From contig NC_073378.1 in NCBI RefSeq assembly GCF_028641065.1, positions 83,142,001 through 83,206,000 on the forward strand: a stretch of DNA of 64,000 nt. The letters run 5' to 3'. Made by a program: the position numbers and the translations under genes. Numbering within the stretch: position 1 is the stretch's first letter; every line of letters begins with the position of its first letter. Positions 51,995 to 64,000 of this stretch are shown here, one piece after another. Source of the DNA: Leucoraja erinacea (Eukaryota). The notes beneath the pieces were generated by a model. It saw nothing but the letters and a program-made list of their open reading frames with translations. It ran no database searches and was not told where the DNA came from.

Positions 51995-52790
51995 GACTGT
52001 ACATTGGGGAGTCCAAGCGTAGTCACGGCGACAGTTTAGTCAAGCATTTGAGTTCGGTCCACCAAGGCCTACTGGCTCTCCCAGTTGCTGACCATTTTAA
52101 CTCTTCCCATTCCCATTCTGTCCTTTTAGTCCTAGGCCTCCTCCATTGCCAGAGTGAAGCCACATGCAAATTGGGTGCTTACAACCTAACGGTACAAACG
52201 TTGAATTCTCCATTCTTGGGTAACCTCAAAACTCCCTCCCCTCCTCGCTCTCCCCTTTCTTTCCCCTCGTCCGATCAGGACTCGAACATATTTCTTCCCT
52301 TCGTCTTCCCATCCCTATCCACCTACATTCCTTCTTCTGGCTTCACAATTTACAACTCTTGAATCCTTTTGTACCTCGTCAGTTTTATAATCTCTCTCCT
52401 TCGCCTATATTCAGCTATTACCTGTCTCTCCCCTTCCTTAACCCTCTAGCTGTCTCCTCCCACCCTCCCATCCGCCCGCCCTCGGGCTCCTCCTCCTCCC
52501 CTTTTCCTTCCTTCTCCGCACCCACCCCCCATCAGTCTGAAGAAGGGTTTTGGCCCGAAACGTCGCCTATTTCCTTCGCTCCATAGATGCTGCTGCACCC
52601 GCTGAGTTTCTCCAGCAATTTTGTGTACCTTCAGCTATTACCTGCCTGGCTTTGTCCTGCTCCTCCCTCTCTTCCAGCTTTCTCTCCCCTACAATCCGTC
52701 TGAAGAGAGCTCCTGACCTAAAACGTTGCCTATCCATGTTCTCTGGGGATACCTTCAGACCGGCTGAGTTACTTCAGCACTTTGTTTCTT
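51995..52790 (+). mobile_element. Penelope-like element 3' remnant: GIY-YIG endonuclease fragment plus pLTR
   Basis: LYIGESKR..H...PVADHFNS.HSH..L.VLGL.HCQSE in ORF 51985-52362; pLTR with degenerate hammerhead at 52700-52727. Confidence 0.85.
52535..52566 (+). ncRNA. Minimal type I hammerhead ribozyme motif (Penelope type)
   Basis: CTGAAGA-A-GGGTT TT GGCCC-GAAAC-GTC; predicted cleavage after 52564; stem I only ~2 bp. Confidence 0.7.
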
Positions 52791-52799
52791 TATCTGTGT

Positions 52800-53110
52800 G
52801 TTTGTTTTTTAAAGCCTTCAGAAAATACATCACATCCATCAGATCCTCCTCATCCTCAACCAGATATATTCTCAAAGGACTCCAATACATTAGTCAAACA
52901 TGATTTTTCTTTTATAAATCTGTGATGATTCAGCTCAATCATATTATTATGTTCTATCATATCTTTTATTCTAGCAACTGACATCAGGATAACTGAGCAA
53001 TGGATCCCTGTTTCATCTTTTCTTAATTTCTTAAATATTGAAGTCACATTTGCTCCCCTCAATCAGCACAACTGTCCCAGAACCTATTGTATTTCGGAAG
53101 ATGGCCATGG
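52800..53110 (-). mobile_element. Old CR1 RT fragment
   Basis: ORF 52856-53062: ANVTSIFKK...HHRFIKEKSCLTNVLESFE. Confidence 0.7.
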
Positions 53111-54239
53111 GAGCATTCATTTTCAATTATCCATCACCTTCAAAACTATAGGATTTAGAACATAGTTATTTTTCATTTTCAGTGTACTTTAGTAGAATGT
53201 TTTCTGCTAACAATTTATTTTACTGCCTCATTTGACCTGGACCTTTGGTCTGTTGTTTTTTGGGGAGATTTTTAGTGTCAATTTCTATGGCATACCCCTA
53301 GAAGCTTTTAGAGTCTTTTTATGTTTCTCGCAAGCTTACTCACATTCTATTTTCCTTTTCTGTTTCACTTTCTTGGTTACCCTTTGCTCAACTATGAAAT
53401 GTTCCCAGTGGTCAAGCTTCTTGACAACTTCACAAGCCTTTCCTTCCATTTTAAACCTTCTTTAGTTTCTCCTGTAAATCTGAAGACAATTTCTTTTGCA
53501 GCTATGTGGCTTAAAATAATATATATTTGCTCCAAGTCATGTATTATTATTTCTTGAAATGCCTGGCATTGCCTGCCCACTTTAAAGTAATTTCACCACT
53601 CTGATCCAGCCAGTCTGCTTCTCTTACTTTCAGAGTTTACAGTGTGAAGATTGAAAATAATGTTTTCAGATTGAACCAGGTTATTTTAATGTAAATGTTA
53701 GACTACTTGTTCTTGAGGGCCTGCTTACAATGAGATTATTAAGTAAACTGTTTTTGTTACATCAGACTACATCTACAATAGACTAAGTTCTAGTCACTTT
53801 ACATACTGATGAAGATATCAATTTAAAATGCATTTTTGGAATTTACCATTGATTATAATGTTGTATCCACCATGATTACTACATTATCTCTGTCACATGT
53901 CTTTCTTGTACTGAGACTGACAGAATAACAATTATTTGTATTTCTCTCATGTTTTCTGCACCATGCTTCTTCTTATCCCACCTGAACTGATTCTAAGTCT
54001 ATCATGAATTATTAAGTCAAGATTATTTCGAACTGATGTCATAGCTTATTCATAGTGCTTCCTGACCTGAATATTTAGGTCTTAGTCTCGGTCACTCTGC
54101 CACCACCTTTCTCAAACAGCAACTAGATCAAATCTATTTACAACTAATCCAGGGGGAGACATAGCTGAATGGATAGCAAATTGGCTCCATGGTGGAAGGT
54201 TGTTTCTCGGACTGAAGGCCTGTGATTAGTGGTGTGAGT

Positions 54240-54656
54240 CAGGCATGGGCGGAAATCCTGGGGGAGTGGGGGATGGGGGGGACAACCCCCCCATGTTTAG
54301 TAATCCAGACTTTATCAGATGCTTTCTAAGGACTGAATCGGCCCGTTCGCAGGACATTTCAGGACCTTTCGCCCGGCGCTGCTTAAAGTCAAACTGCTGC
54401 ATCGAGGCGATCGAGGCTATTGAGGCTCCCGATGTTGAAGCCCTCGCCGGCTGATGAAAGACCCCGCAAACAGGCCGATTCAAGCCCCACGATTCTGGGC
54501 AGACGAAGCTGCTGTTGCTGGAGTTTGGAGTTGGTCACCAACCAGGTCAGCCTCCAATGTTACCGTCCTCAGGGCCCACGGCCGAAGCCTCGCGTGTGTG
54601 CGCGGCCACCAAGAAATTGTGTCCCCGCCATGTTTTGATAGCAATTTCCGTGCCTG
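54240..54656. mobile_element. Non-autonomous DNA element nested in CR1
   Basis: Imperfect TIRs caggcatgggcggaaat / atttccgtgcctg; interrupts ggtgt|gcctcaggg; no clear TSD. Confidence 0.6.
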
Positions 54657-55163
54657 GCCTCAGGGTTCGGTGCTTGGCCCATTACTGTTTGTCATCTACA
54701 TTAATGATTTGGATGAGAACATACAGGGCAAGATTAGCAAGTTTGCTGATTATAAAAAAAGTGAATGGTTTTGCAGATAGTGAAGATGGTTGTGAAAGAT
54801 TGCAGCAGGATCTGGATCGATTGGCCAGGTGGGCTGAGGAATGGTGGATGGAATTTAATGCAGAGAAATGTGAAGGTGTCGCATTTTGGGATGTCTAACA
54901 AGGGCAGGATCTATACAGTGATAGGTCGGCCTCTGGGTAGTACTGTAGAGCAGAGGGATCTAGGAGTGCAAGTGCATAGTTCCTTGAAGCTTGAGTCGCA
55001 GGTAGATAAGGTGGTGAAAAAGACTTTTGGCACTTTGGCCTTCGTCAGTCAGAGTATTTAGTATAGAAGTTGGGAGGTCATGTTGCAGTTGTATAATACA
55101 TTGGTGAGACTTCATTTAGAATATTGTGTTCAGTTCTGGGCACCATGTTATAGGAAAGATATT

Positions 55164-55308
55164 CTTCTTCTTCTTCATCTTTCGTGTGGCGTGCACAGCC
55201 TAAAGTTGTAGGACAAATTGTTCTATTTGATCTTCTGTTTGTGCACGTCGAGTTGATTGCATTAGTCGAAACAGTGCGGACCACGTGAAGGTTGCAATCT
55301 TCCACCCC
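55164..55308 (-). mobile_element. 145-bp non-autonomous retroposon with (GAA)n tail
   Basis: 14-bp TSD ataggaaag[a/g]tatt (55150-55163, 55309-55322) in the CR1 host. Confidence 0.9.
55255..55308 (-). ncRNA. Minimal HDV-like self-cleaving ribozyme (predicted)
   Basis: P1 GGGGUGG/CCGCACU, P2 GAUUGCA/UGCAAUC, P3 ACC/GGU, L3 UUCACGU, P1.1 G, minimal P4 U(UUCG)A, J4/2 CUAA. Confidence 0.8.
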
Positions 55309-56589
55309 ATAGGAAAGGTATTGTCGAGCTTGAAAGGGTTCAGAGAAGATTTACAAGGATGTTGCCAGGACTAGATTGTGCAAGCTATAGGGAGAGGTTG
55401 AGTAGGCTGGGTCTCTATTCCTTGGAGTGCAGGAGATTGAGGGGTGTGCTTATAGAGGTGTATAAAATCATGAGAGAAATAGATCGGATGGATGCACAGA
55501 ATCTCTGTCCTAGTGTAGGGGAATTGAAGACCAGAGGACATTGGTTCAAGGTGAAGGGGAAAAGGTTTAATTGGAATCTGAGGGGAAACTATTTCACACA
55601 CCGGGTGGTGGGTGTATGGAACAAGCTGCCAGAGGAGGTAGTTGAGGCTGGGACTATCCCAATGTTTAAGGAAACCTTTATACAGGTACTTGGATAGGAC
55701 AGGTTTGGAGGGATATGGACCAAGCACAGGCCGGTGGGACTAATGTAGCTGGGATATGTTGCCCGCTGTTCGGCAAGTTAGACCGAAGGGCCTGTGTCCA
55801 CACCGTATTACTTTATGACTTTATAACTATGTGTGTCCTTAATTCAATCACCTTACTGTTGATTTGTGTCTCTTCAATTTGCTCCATTCTATTTCTGTTG
55901 ATCTATGGCCTTGGGAATAACCCGGTTGTTAATCTCTTTGAAATCCTATCTTTCAGTTTCTTTCCTCGGTCCCTAAAATCTGTGTAGGACCTCATCTCTC
56001 CATCCACCCATGTTGTTGGAACCAATATGAAGCTTGCAATCTTGCTCTTTGCACACTTATTTCAAGATGCTCTGCAGGTATTCAGTGATATCCTCGATAT
56101 TAATGGACACAAAGATATTGAATTCATAATTTGCCATTGGGAAATTATTAGGCAAAGTTTGGTGGCACTGTTTCTCTTCCTAAGGGAGTAGTAGTATAAA
56201 TATGTACACATCACAACATTAAAGCAACCCAACAAGGGATGGAACACTTTGTTGCAACTCCAGCAGTTACATAAACATTAAGTATTACTAAATTGTAAAC
56301 ATGGGGCATTCTGAACAATGAGAAAAATTAAATACAAATGAATAAGGCAGGAGACATTTACTCTGCTGTTCACAAGCTCAGTATTATCGCTCTCAAGGTT
56401 GATATTATTAAACATATACTGAACATTGTACCAGAAGTATATTTAAAAGCTGGAATTTATCAGATTTAATTTTGTGCCACATAGGTAATATAAAGAAAGG
56501 TAATGATAAATTAGCAAGAATCTGACTAAGATCCATGTGATGGTCTATTAACGCACTTCATAATTATCCCTCGATAGGTGTGATTAATA

Positions 56590-56810
56590 AGGTGAAGATA
56601 CTGAAGATGGTTATCAAGAATTACAATGGGATCCTGATTAGCTGGGTAAGTGGGCTGAGGATTGGCAAATGGAGTTTAATTCCGATAAGTTTGAGATGTT
56701 GCATTTCGGAAAGGCAAACAAGGGAAGGAACTTCACATTGAATGGAAAGGCTCTGGGGAATGTTGCAGAGCAGAGAGATCGAGAAGTGCATAATTCCTTA
56801 AAAGTATCCA
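56590..56810 (+). mobile_element. Old CR1 fragment
   Basis: gctgggtaagtgggctgaggattggcaaatggagtttaat (LGKWAEDWQMEFN). Confidence 0.7.
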
Positions 56811-56938
56811 AGCACCAGATAAGATTTTAAAATTCTGGACACTAATGTCTGCAACCTGTATGCAGAGCAGGGAGTTTTCGATATCTGTTATTAGCAAGTG
56901 TTCTCTGGGACTGCAGATAGGATGGGAGAATGAACATG

Positions 56939-58093
56939 GAGTAGCAATGTTACAACATTTTGAGATTTAAAAAATTCAGTCTGCAATTTATCCCATCAGA
57001 TAAAGCATAAAAGGAAGTTTAATTTGACACCTAATTCACTTTCATATCTTCAGTATTAAAAAAGTTATGGCCATTTTCATACTCTGAAATTAGCATCTTG
57101 TTCCCTATTGCTTTTCCATTGACCTCAAAAGCTGTGATCGAGGACAGTCAAAAGCCCATAACTTTCTTAAAAATTAAGAGAACTGAATGAAATTTTCAGT
57201 TATTACAGATTGAAGCATTCTGAAACAAATGTGAAACAATCTTACTTGGATGACCTGAAATTAAAGCTTATAATTAGTTAGTTACATATTTGTAGCTAAT
57301 TACAAAATTCAATTACTAGATCTAAACATCTATCTATTTCTTAAGAAAAGGTTAACATTTTTAAATAGCTTGTATCCAAATAACATTCACACAAGAATTC
57401 ACAATATACATAGAAATAGATTTTGAGTAGGCCAATCGCCCATTGTCCATGATTTTATATGGCTGATCATGGAAGGAATTTACCTGTGTTTAATGATCCC
57501 CCAATAAATTAATGGGCTTAAATATAGCCAATTTCAACTATCCTCTGTGCAGAAGTCCAGGGTTTTTGTGTGAAAAAACGTGATCGATTGTCATGAAACG
57601 TTCGAATTTGCGGTTAATTTAAATTAAACCATTTTAATATCTTGCGAGTGGTTTTTTTGTGGAACGCGATCGAAAAACACGGTTTGCGGTGTTAAACCCC
57701 ATATCGGCCAGGAATGCCGGTTCGTATGGGGCCCAAATCACATTTTCACGACGTGAAATTTTGATTAAAGTAATCAAGTTTATATGTAAAATAAACGATT
57801 TACCTTATGTTTTGTCCCGTATGTGAGATCCGTTCCGTTGCCTGCGTTGACGGCGTTAGAAGTTGCTTTTTATTTCACTCCAGCGCTGAAATTGTCCCGC
57901 GGTTTAAAAAAAAAAATTCTGAGAACGGCAATTGGAGCGAATTTGCAGCATCAGGTAGAAGCCCAAGAAAATATATCTTGGACAGGCAGGAGAAAACGGC
58001 ATTGTAATCCCGCCCAAAGGCCCCAAAGTCGCGCACACGGCCAGTGACAGAACTGCAGCACCGCTGAAGGTAAGTTTTGTAACATACCTACTG
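56939..58093. mobile_element. Non-autonomous DNA transposon, unclassified
   Basis: Imperfect TIRs gagtagcaatgttacaaca / ttttgtaacatacctactg; atg on both flanks. Confidence 0.6.
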
Positions 58094-58853
58094 ATGGAGC
58101 AGCGCAGCCACTGCAAGGAAGAGGAGAATGGCTCTCCAATTGGTGAAATTAGGCAGTAAATTCCTTCCTGGATCTCAATGAGCAAAAATGCATGTGAATT
58201 GTGTGCATCATTCAGGACATTCTTCCTAAACCATGCCACCTGCTGCAGGGTACACTGCGGCCTCAGGGTAGGTTATGGCTACTGTCTGCACTGCAACAGT
58301 CTACAGAGCAGGTATGTGATTTACAGTGATCTGTTTTATGTTGTACCTTCTGGCCATTAGAAAGACTGAGGCTTTGCCACCACCAGTAACATGCACAGTT
58401 TGGAGATCATGAGAAAGAGGACCAAGAGGAATGAGAAGGAGTGAAGAAGATATAAACAGCCTATTTCTGGCCCAGTAGTAAGTGATCAACCCATCCAACA
58501 TTGCTCTGAATCCAACCCCAATTTCTCATTCAAACCAACTGACCATCTTACCGTCCCTCTGTTTTTGGCCATCACTGTGTTTGCATGGAGTCCTGTTATT
58601 TGCATAACATTTTCTAAGACTAATGTACTTGCAAACCTGCTGCTATTACAGCTTGAAATAATGATGTTTGGATTTTAAGACAAACAAATCCTTGCCCATC
58701 ACAGGCTCAGAACCAAAATGCTGGAGATGTAAGAGGCTGCTGCAAGCATAAGTTCAGGGGCCTTTCAGCTCCTTAACATTCAACTGGATTGCAGCTGATC
58801 TGTATCTCAATTCATCCTACTAGCTGGAGTTCAACAACTTTTATTCTTAAGAT

Positions 58854-59027
58854 AGACACAAAATGCTGGAGTGACTCAACGGGTCAATAGACAACAGGTG
58901 CAGGAGTAGGCCATTGAGCCAGCACGGCCATTTACTGTGATCATGGGTCAGGCATCATCTCTGGAAAAAAGGAATAGGTAATGTTTCGTTTCTCCAGAGA
59001 TGCTGCCTGACTCGCTGAGTTACTGCA
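58854..59027. mobile_element. Palindromic pLTR derivative containing a 58-bp CR1 tail
   Basis: Arms ...actcaacgggtca[insert]ggcatcatctctgga / tccagagatgctgcctgactcgctgagt; insert 58887-58944 flanked by gggtca. Confidence 0.7.
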
Positions 59028-59984
59028 GTTCCTTCCTACACAACTTTTATACCTTACAAAGAAATATTGTTATTGAAATGTTCAGCCACAATGTTTGAGA
59101 AAAATAATTCCATATTTCACTATGTTATCCTGTACTGTTTAGTTTTAATTTAATAAAAGTAGTCCTCGTTCACCATGTCCCCCTTCAGAGGAGCTAATTT
59201 CTTTCTCTCTACCGTCATAAATTGTCTAAAAAAAACACAACCAAATTCCGCTATTTGTGTCAGCAAAATACAGACAGAATCAGCAAAATCAGCTCAAATA
59301 TTCATGGAATTTTAAAAGCAAATGAGCTATACCCAAAACTATTTAACTTTCTGCAAACTATTATTCTGGTTCAAAGAAAAAGCTGCTTGAATTAGTTTCC
59401 ACACCAGAATAGGCCTCAATATGAAACTTCAAAATTCCCTTGACAAGAGCCTATACAAGTGGTATTCGTTTTCATGGCTGCATTGGCATTAGTGAGCATT
59501 TTTAAAGGTTTTCTCATATCAAAAATGCTTAATTTAAGAGGGAATCGATTATTATGCACAAATGGTACTGATAGCTTAGTTCATATTCAGTGAATACAAC
59601 TCTCAGAGATGAATTACTGGACACAGTTATTGACAATGCAATTTTGCAGGCAAATCCATTTACAGATTACGACTCTTAAATACAAGAAGGAATAACTTTG
59701 AATGGAAAGGAAATAAATAAACGCTGCTGTTCTAATCCACTGCCCAATTGGAATAGTTCTTGGAAGAATTTATTGTTGTAATGAAGCAGGTAATTTTAGC
59801 AGGAATTTAAAGCCTGACCTTGGCGATATTGATTGAGGACTATAAATCATTTCAAAGGAGAAAGCATATTCCAGGTAGTTCTTGGACTGAACCTGTATAT
59901 CTTGAATTAAGGAACAGCAGAAAAAATATTTAAATAAATTGCTGCATGCTTTATGGTGTTCGTCTATGTAGCCAAATATCAAGA

Positions 59985-60970
59985 TGTTTTCCACTAGCGG
60001 GAGAGCCTCGGACCAGAGGGCACAATAAATGGGCTTCAGAAATCCTCAGAATAAAAGGACGCACCTTATGAAAGAAGATGAGGAGGAATTTCTTTAGTCA
60101 GAGGGCAGTGAATCTGTGGAATTCATTGCCACAGGCAATGGTGGAGGTCAAGTCTATGGATATTTCGAAAGAGGAGATTGACAGATTCTTGGTTAGTAAT
60201 GGGCCTGTCCCACTTAAGTTGATTTATCAGCGGACTGCAATGAACAGGAAGGTTGGCGCTGTAAAAAGACGGCTAAAGCACAGTGTACTATAAGTCATTT
60301 AAAGGAGGGGGGAGAGAGGGTAGAAGGGGGGAGAAGGAGTGGAGACAACTTTTAAGAAGCCAGAGATACACGGCTGTGAAGTTCGGCGGACATTTAACTT
60401 TACCGGTCGGCTATCCATGGTTCTGAAAACTACTACTTACCTTTTTTTTTCCCAATGAGTCAATGAAATTCACCGGTCAGCACCGGCAACAACCTACGAG
60501 AACCCCCAATAACCTTTGACCTCCTGGCAACCCATTAGGACCACCTGGCGACCCACCTATGGCTTGAGAATTCTTGTTACTCTCCATGGCGGCTTAATTC
60601 TGGTTGCCGCTAATTTTTCAACGTTGACAAATTCAGAGACCATATTGAGGCCGCGACTAGTTCCCAGAATGCAGGAGCTCCTCACAACCATGAAGGCAAC
60701 TCCCGCGAACATGTGGCGACTGCATAGTTTCCTGCAGTTGCCTAAAAAGTCGCCTGTGGGACAGGCCCATAAGAGTCAAGTCAAGCCAAGAGAGTTTATT
60801 GTCATGTGTCCCAGATAGGACAATGAAATTCATGCTCGTGTCAAAGGCTATGGGGAGAAGGCAGGACAATGGGGTTGAGAGGGAAAGATAGATCACCCAT
60901 GATTGAAAGGCAGAGTAGATTCAATGGGCCCAATGGCCTAATTCTGCTCCTATGACTTATGAACATATGA
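59985..60970 (+). mobile_element. CR1 3' fragment interrupted by a MITE and a LINE tail
   Basis: RRNFFSQRAVNLWNSLPQA; resumes at ~60838 (gtcaaaggctatggggag); reverse tail at 60773-60832. Confidence 0.8.
60200..60769 (+). mobile_element. PIF/Harbinger-like MITE
   Basis: TIR tgggcctgtcccac / gtgggacaggccca; TAA TSD. Confidence 0.88.
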
Positions 60971-61698
60971 AATTGTGGTTTGGAGCTATGATATAAAAAT
61001 CATGGTAGCCAATCTCTACCCAGCCTGTTCCCATAGACAACCACGTGACCAAGCAGTTTTTGCAAAGAAACAACAAGGGACAAAATTGCTCTAGACTGTG
61101 TGACTCTACTACTCTATAACTCAACCAATGCAATTTAAGATGAATTGTGTGTCATTTCCCAGATTGTACACAAAATAAAACTCTGCTTCTTTAACTGCTT
61201 CACCCTATTGTGGTGAAATCGTGATGGATCACCTCAAAGTCAAACGTGCTTTTTGTGTGGTACCAAGAACTTAAATGCAGTTCCTCAGATATAATGTCAG
61301 CTAAAAATGTCTGATGAAATTAGTGGCAGGTACAATTAAAACATATTTGCCCAGGTTCTTGGATACGGCAAAACTGAAGGAAATGGAACTGGTGAGGATG
61401 GACATCTTGGTTGTTGTGAACAAGTTGGGCCAACGAGCCTGTTTTTGTGCTGTGTGATTCTGTGAATATGTGAACATTTCACACTCTGTATTCCAGAATA
61501 GTTGACATATAGGCTAACATCCATTTCATATTTTAAAATACATTTTGTACTTCCCCTTTAGCTTTTATTATCTAAAATCTCACTGTTTAACCATTTATAA
61601 TAAATTTTGTCTGCCAGAGATTTGCCATTTTATTTACTCTGTGAAAGTCTCTGTGCAACCTTCTTCTCCCATCCACACTGACAATGCCACCTAACTGA

Positions 61699-62376
61699 TG
61701 GGTCTGTCCCACTTAGGCAACTTTTAAAGCTAGTGCAGGAGACTCTGCGCTCGCCACATGGTCGCCACATGTTTGCCACATGTTTGCTGGTGGTCTCTGG
61801 TGAGTCTCCTTCATGGTTGCGAGGAGTTCCCGCATTCTGGGAACTAGTCGCGGCCTCAGCATGGTCGCCGCAAATTTTTCAATGTTGAAACATTTTCTGC
61901 GACCAAACATTGGTCGCCATGGAGATAATCGATAATTCTGTAGTCGTAGGTGCAGTTGTAGAGGGGTCGCCATGTAGTTATAGGTGATTTTCATTGGTTC
62001 ATTGAGGAAAAAAACGTAAGCAGGAGTTTTCAGAACCAAGGATAACTGACTGGTAATGTTAAATGTCTGCCGAACTTCACAGCTGTGCATCTCTGGCTTA
62101 TTAAAAGTTGTCTGGCTTCTTAAAAGTTGTCTCCACTCCTTCTCCCCTCTTCTCCTCCCCCTCTTTTATAGGACTTACCGTACACTGTGCTAGCCATCTT
62201 AATTACAGCTCCAACCTTCCTGTTCATCGCGGTGTATGTCTGTATCACCTTGGCTTTGTACCTTATGAATTTCAGACAGCGCTCCCCCGCTTGCCCTGGT
62301 CCCCGCCTTTAAGATGTGTTTGTGTGTGACAGTCACCGGCAGTCCACTGAAAAATCGCCTAAGTGGGACAGGCCCA
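61699..62376 (-). mobile_element. PIF/Harbinger-like MITE, same family as 60200-60769, inverted
   Basis: TIR tgggtctgtcccacttagg / cctaagtgggacaggccca; interior is the reverse complement of 60300-60750. Confidence 0.88.
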
Positions 62377-63220
62377 TTAGTGTCATCAACAAACAGAGTG
62401 AAAAGCTGGGGCTCCAGTCACTCTCTGCCCTTAGAAAGATGTTGCAACTCCACAATTATTCCACACCTACTTATTTATCAGAAGAACAAAAGAAACCCAC
62501 AAGGACAGAAACCTCCTTCCACAAACCACAAGCTCTCCTTCCCTGGACTGCTTGCAGCAGTGTTCAGGAGATTAACTTCACACTGTGCACAATTTAGTAT
62601 CTTTGGCCTTACTAGTTACTGTGAAGTTTACCAGCACTCCATATTTTCATGGAACTACTACCTATAACACTGTGCGTTGATCTCACATTGGATGCATTGT
62701 GGACCCTGGAAGGGCTTTGCTGAATGAAGCTGGACACAGCAGTGGAAGTTTATTGATTACATGGCTTTATATAAGCAGCTTCTGAGCTCATTTTATCCTG
62801 TAATGTGTAGTTGATCTCCAGGTTAAGAATGATTGGTGTTTTCAGGAAGATTAATGGCTTTTCCATTTTCTTTCAACTGGATTTTAAATTGAGAAGCAAA
62901 AAAATAAGGAAGTAAAAAAAACTCATCGTGCAGGACACCATCAAAGCTGGAAATGAGTAAAAGTGTTTATATCTTTGCAACAGCAAGGATTTACGTTCCG
63001 CTTTGGATGGCTTGCCCTGCATTGACAGCTGCTGCTACTCCTGCTGGGCATGTGCTTGTTGCTAGCTCAGTTCTAAATTACAATAATGTTTCCAAGTAAT
63101 GTTGCTGTGTTTTTATTGCCACTTACTGACTGGGCAGGAAATCAGTGTTAAAAGTTTTCTGGCACTCACCCAGAATTACCATCAAATATGACCTGATCTC
63201 TTTTGGTACATATAAAAATC

Positions 63221-63318
63221 TAGTTTAGTTTAGTTTATTATTGTCACGTGTATAACGATGCAGTGAGAAATCTGTTCTGCATGCTATCCAGTCAAATCAT
63301 ACTATATATGAGTACAAT
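63221..63318 (-). mobile_element. Rex1-like LINE tail
   Basis: tagtttagtttagtttattattgtcacgtgta..., the reverse of 1950-2040. Confidence 0.6.
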
Positions 63319-64000
63319 AGATCCTCGTCTGGAACAGCACACAAGGAGACGCCACATAAATTGACGTGAAATATTTGAATGAAGCAGAATTTTGAATCCC
63401 AAAATATTTCATACACTAAATCAATCAATTACTTGCGTGGAAATGGTTGTAATATTTAAAGCCCTGTTTATCTACCACAGACACTGGTCAGATACATTCA
63501 GAATTGCTTGTTAATAATGATATTTGTCATGGTGTTTGCCATTTATATTTCCTCTATCCTCCCATAAAACTGCTTAGGTAAAAAACACATGGAAATACAT
63601 CAAAAAGCAAACGGGCACATCTAAAAGTAGCTAACGATTGTGCATGTGTTTCCATGGTCACTGACAAAGTAAAATTCAACACTTTAAGTTAAGCTCCTTG
63701 GGATAGGTTTTATGCATCTGTGTCATTGGCATTGCCTTGCTTGGTCAGCTACATGGAAGATCGGGCATATCGTACTTGGCTTCTGAAAGTCATTCTGTTC
63801 AATTAATGTACAAATGAGGAATCTCACACGGAAAAAGATGGTTGTGGTTGTCAGAGGAGAGATTCATTACCTCAGTCCCAACACATCATGACAGGAATTC
63901 CACATAGCTGAGCAGTAACCAAGGCTCAACCATCTTTCACAGTTACATCCGTGATGTTCTCAACATATGCACAGCTCGACACCAAACTATTGTAGCGTGT

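Larger units (their letters stand above)
54145..55825 (+). mobile_element. CR1/HER1 ORF2 3' half with two nested insertions
   Basis: PQGSVLGPLLFVIYINDLDENIQGKISKFAD; ERLSRLGLYSLE; RVVGVWNKLPEEVVEAGT. Confidence 0.92.

Overview
This is eukaryotic, repeat-rich, non-coding DNA (a long intron or gene desert) with five N gaps. The HE1-like V-SINEs, HER1/CR1 LINEs and Penelope-type pLTRs point to a cartilaginous fish, probably a skate or ray (inference). No intact protein-coding gene is supported. The ORF track is explained by decayed CR1 ORF2 pieces, one GIY-YIG remnant, two THAP remnants, low-complexity DNA and gaps. The window is a nested mosaic of CR1 LINEs, SINEs, Rex1-like tails, hAT, Tc1/pogo and Harbinger-like MITEs, and a cluster of non-autonomous Helitrons. 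Best signals: (1) a 145-bp TSD-flanked retroposon (55164-55308, minus) whose first 54 nt fold as a complete minimal HDV-like ribozyme; (2) a hammerhead-carrying Penelope pLTR unit inserted with a 15-bp TSD into an older Penelope remnant; (3) a foldback element whose two arms each carry a THAP-domain exon; (4) composite Helitrons with stacked 5' ends and minisatellite cargo. All family assignments are by eye, without database searches.
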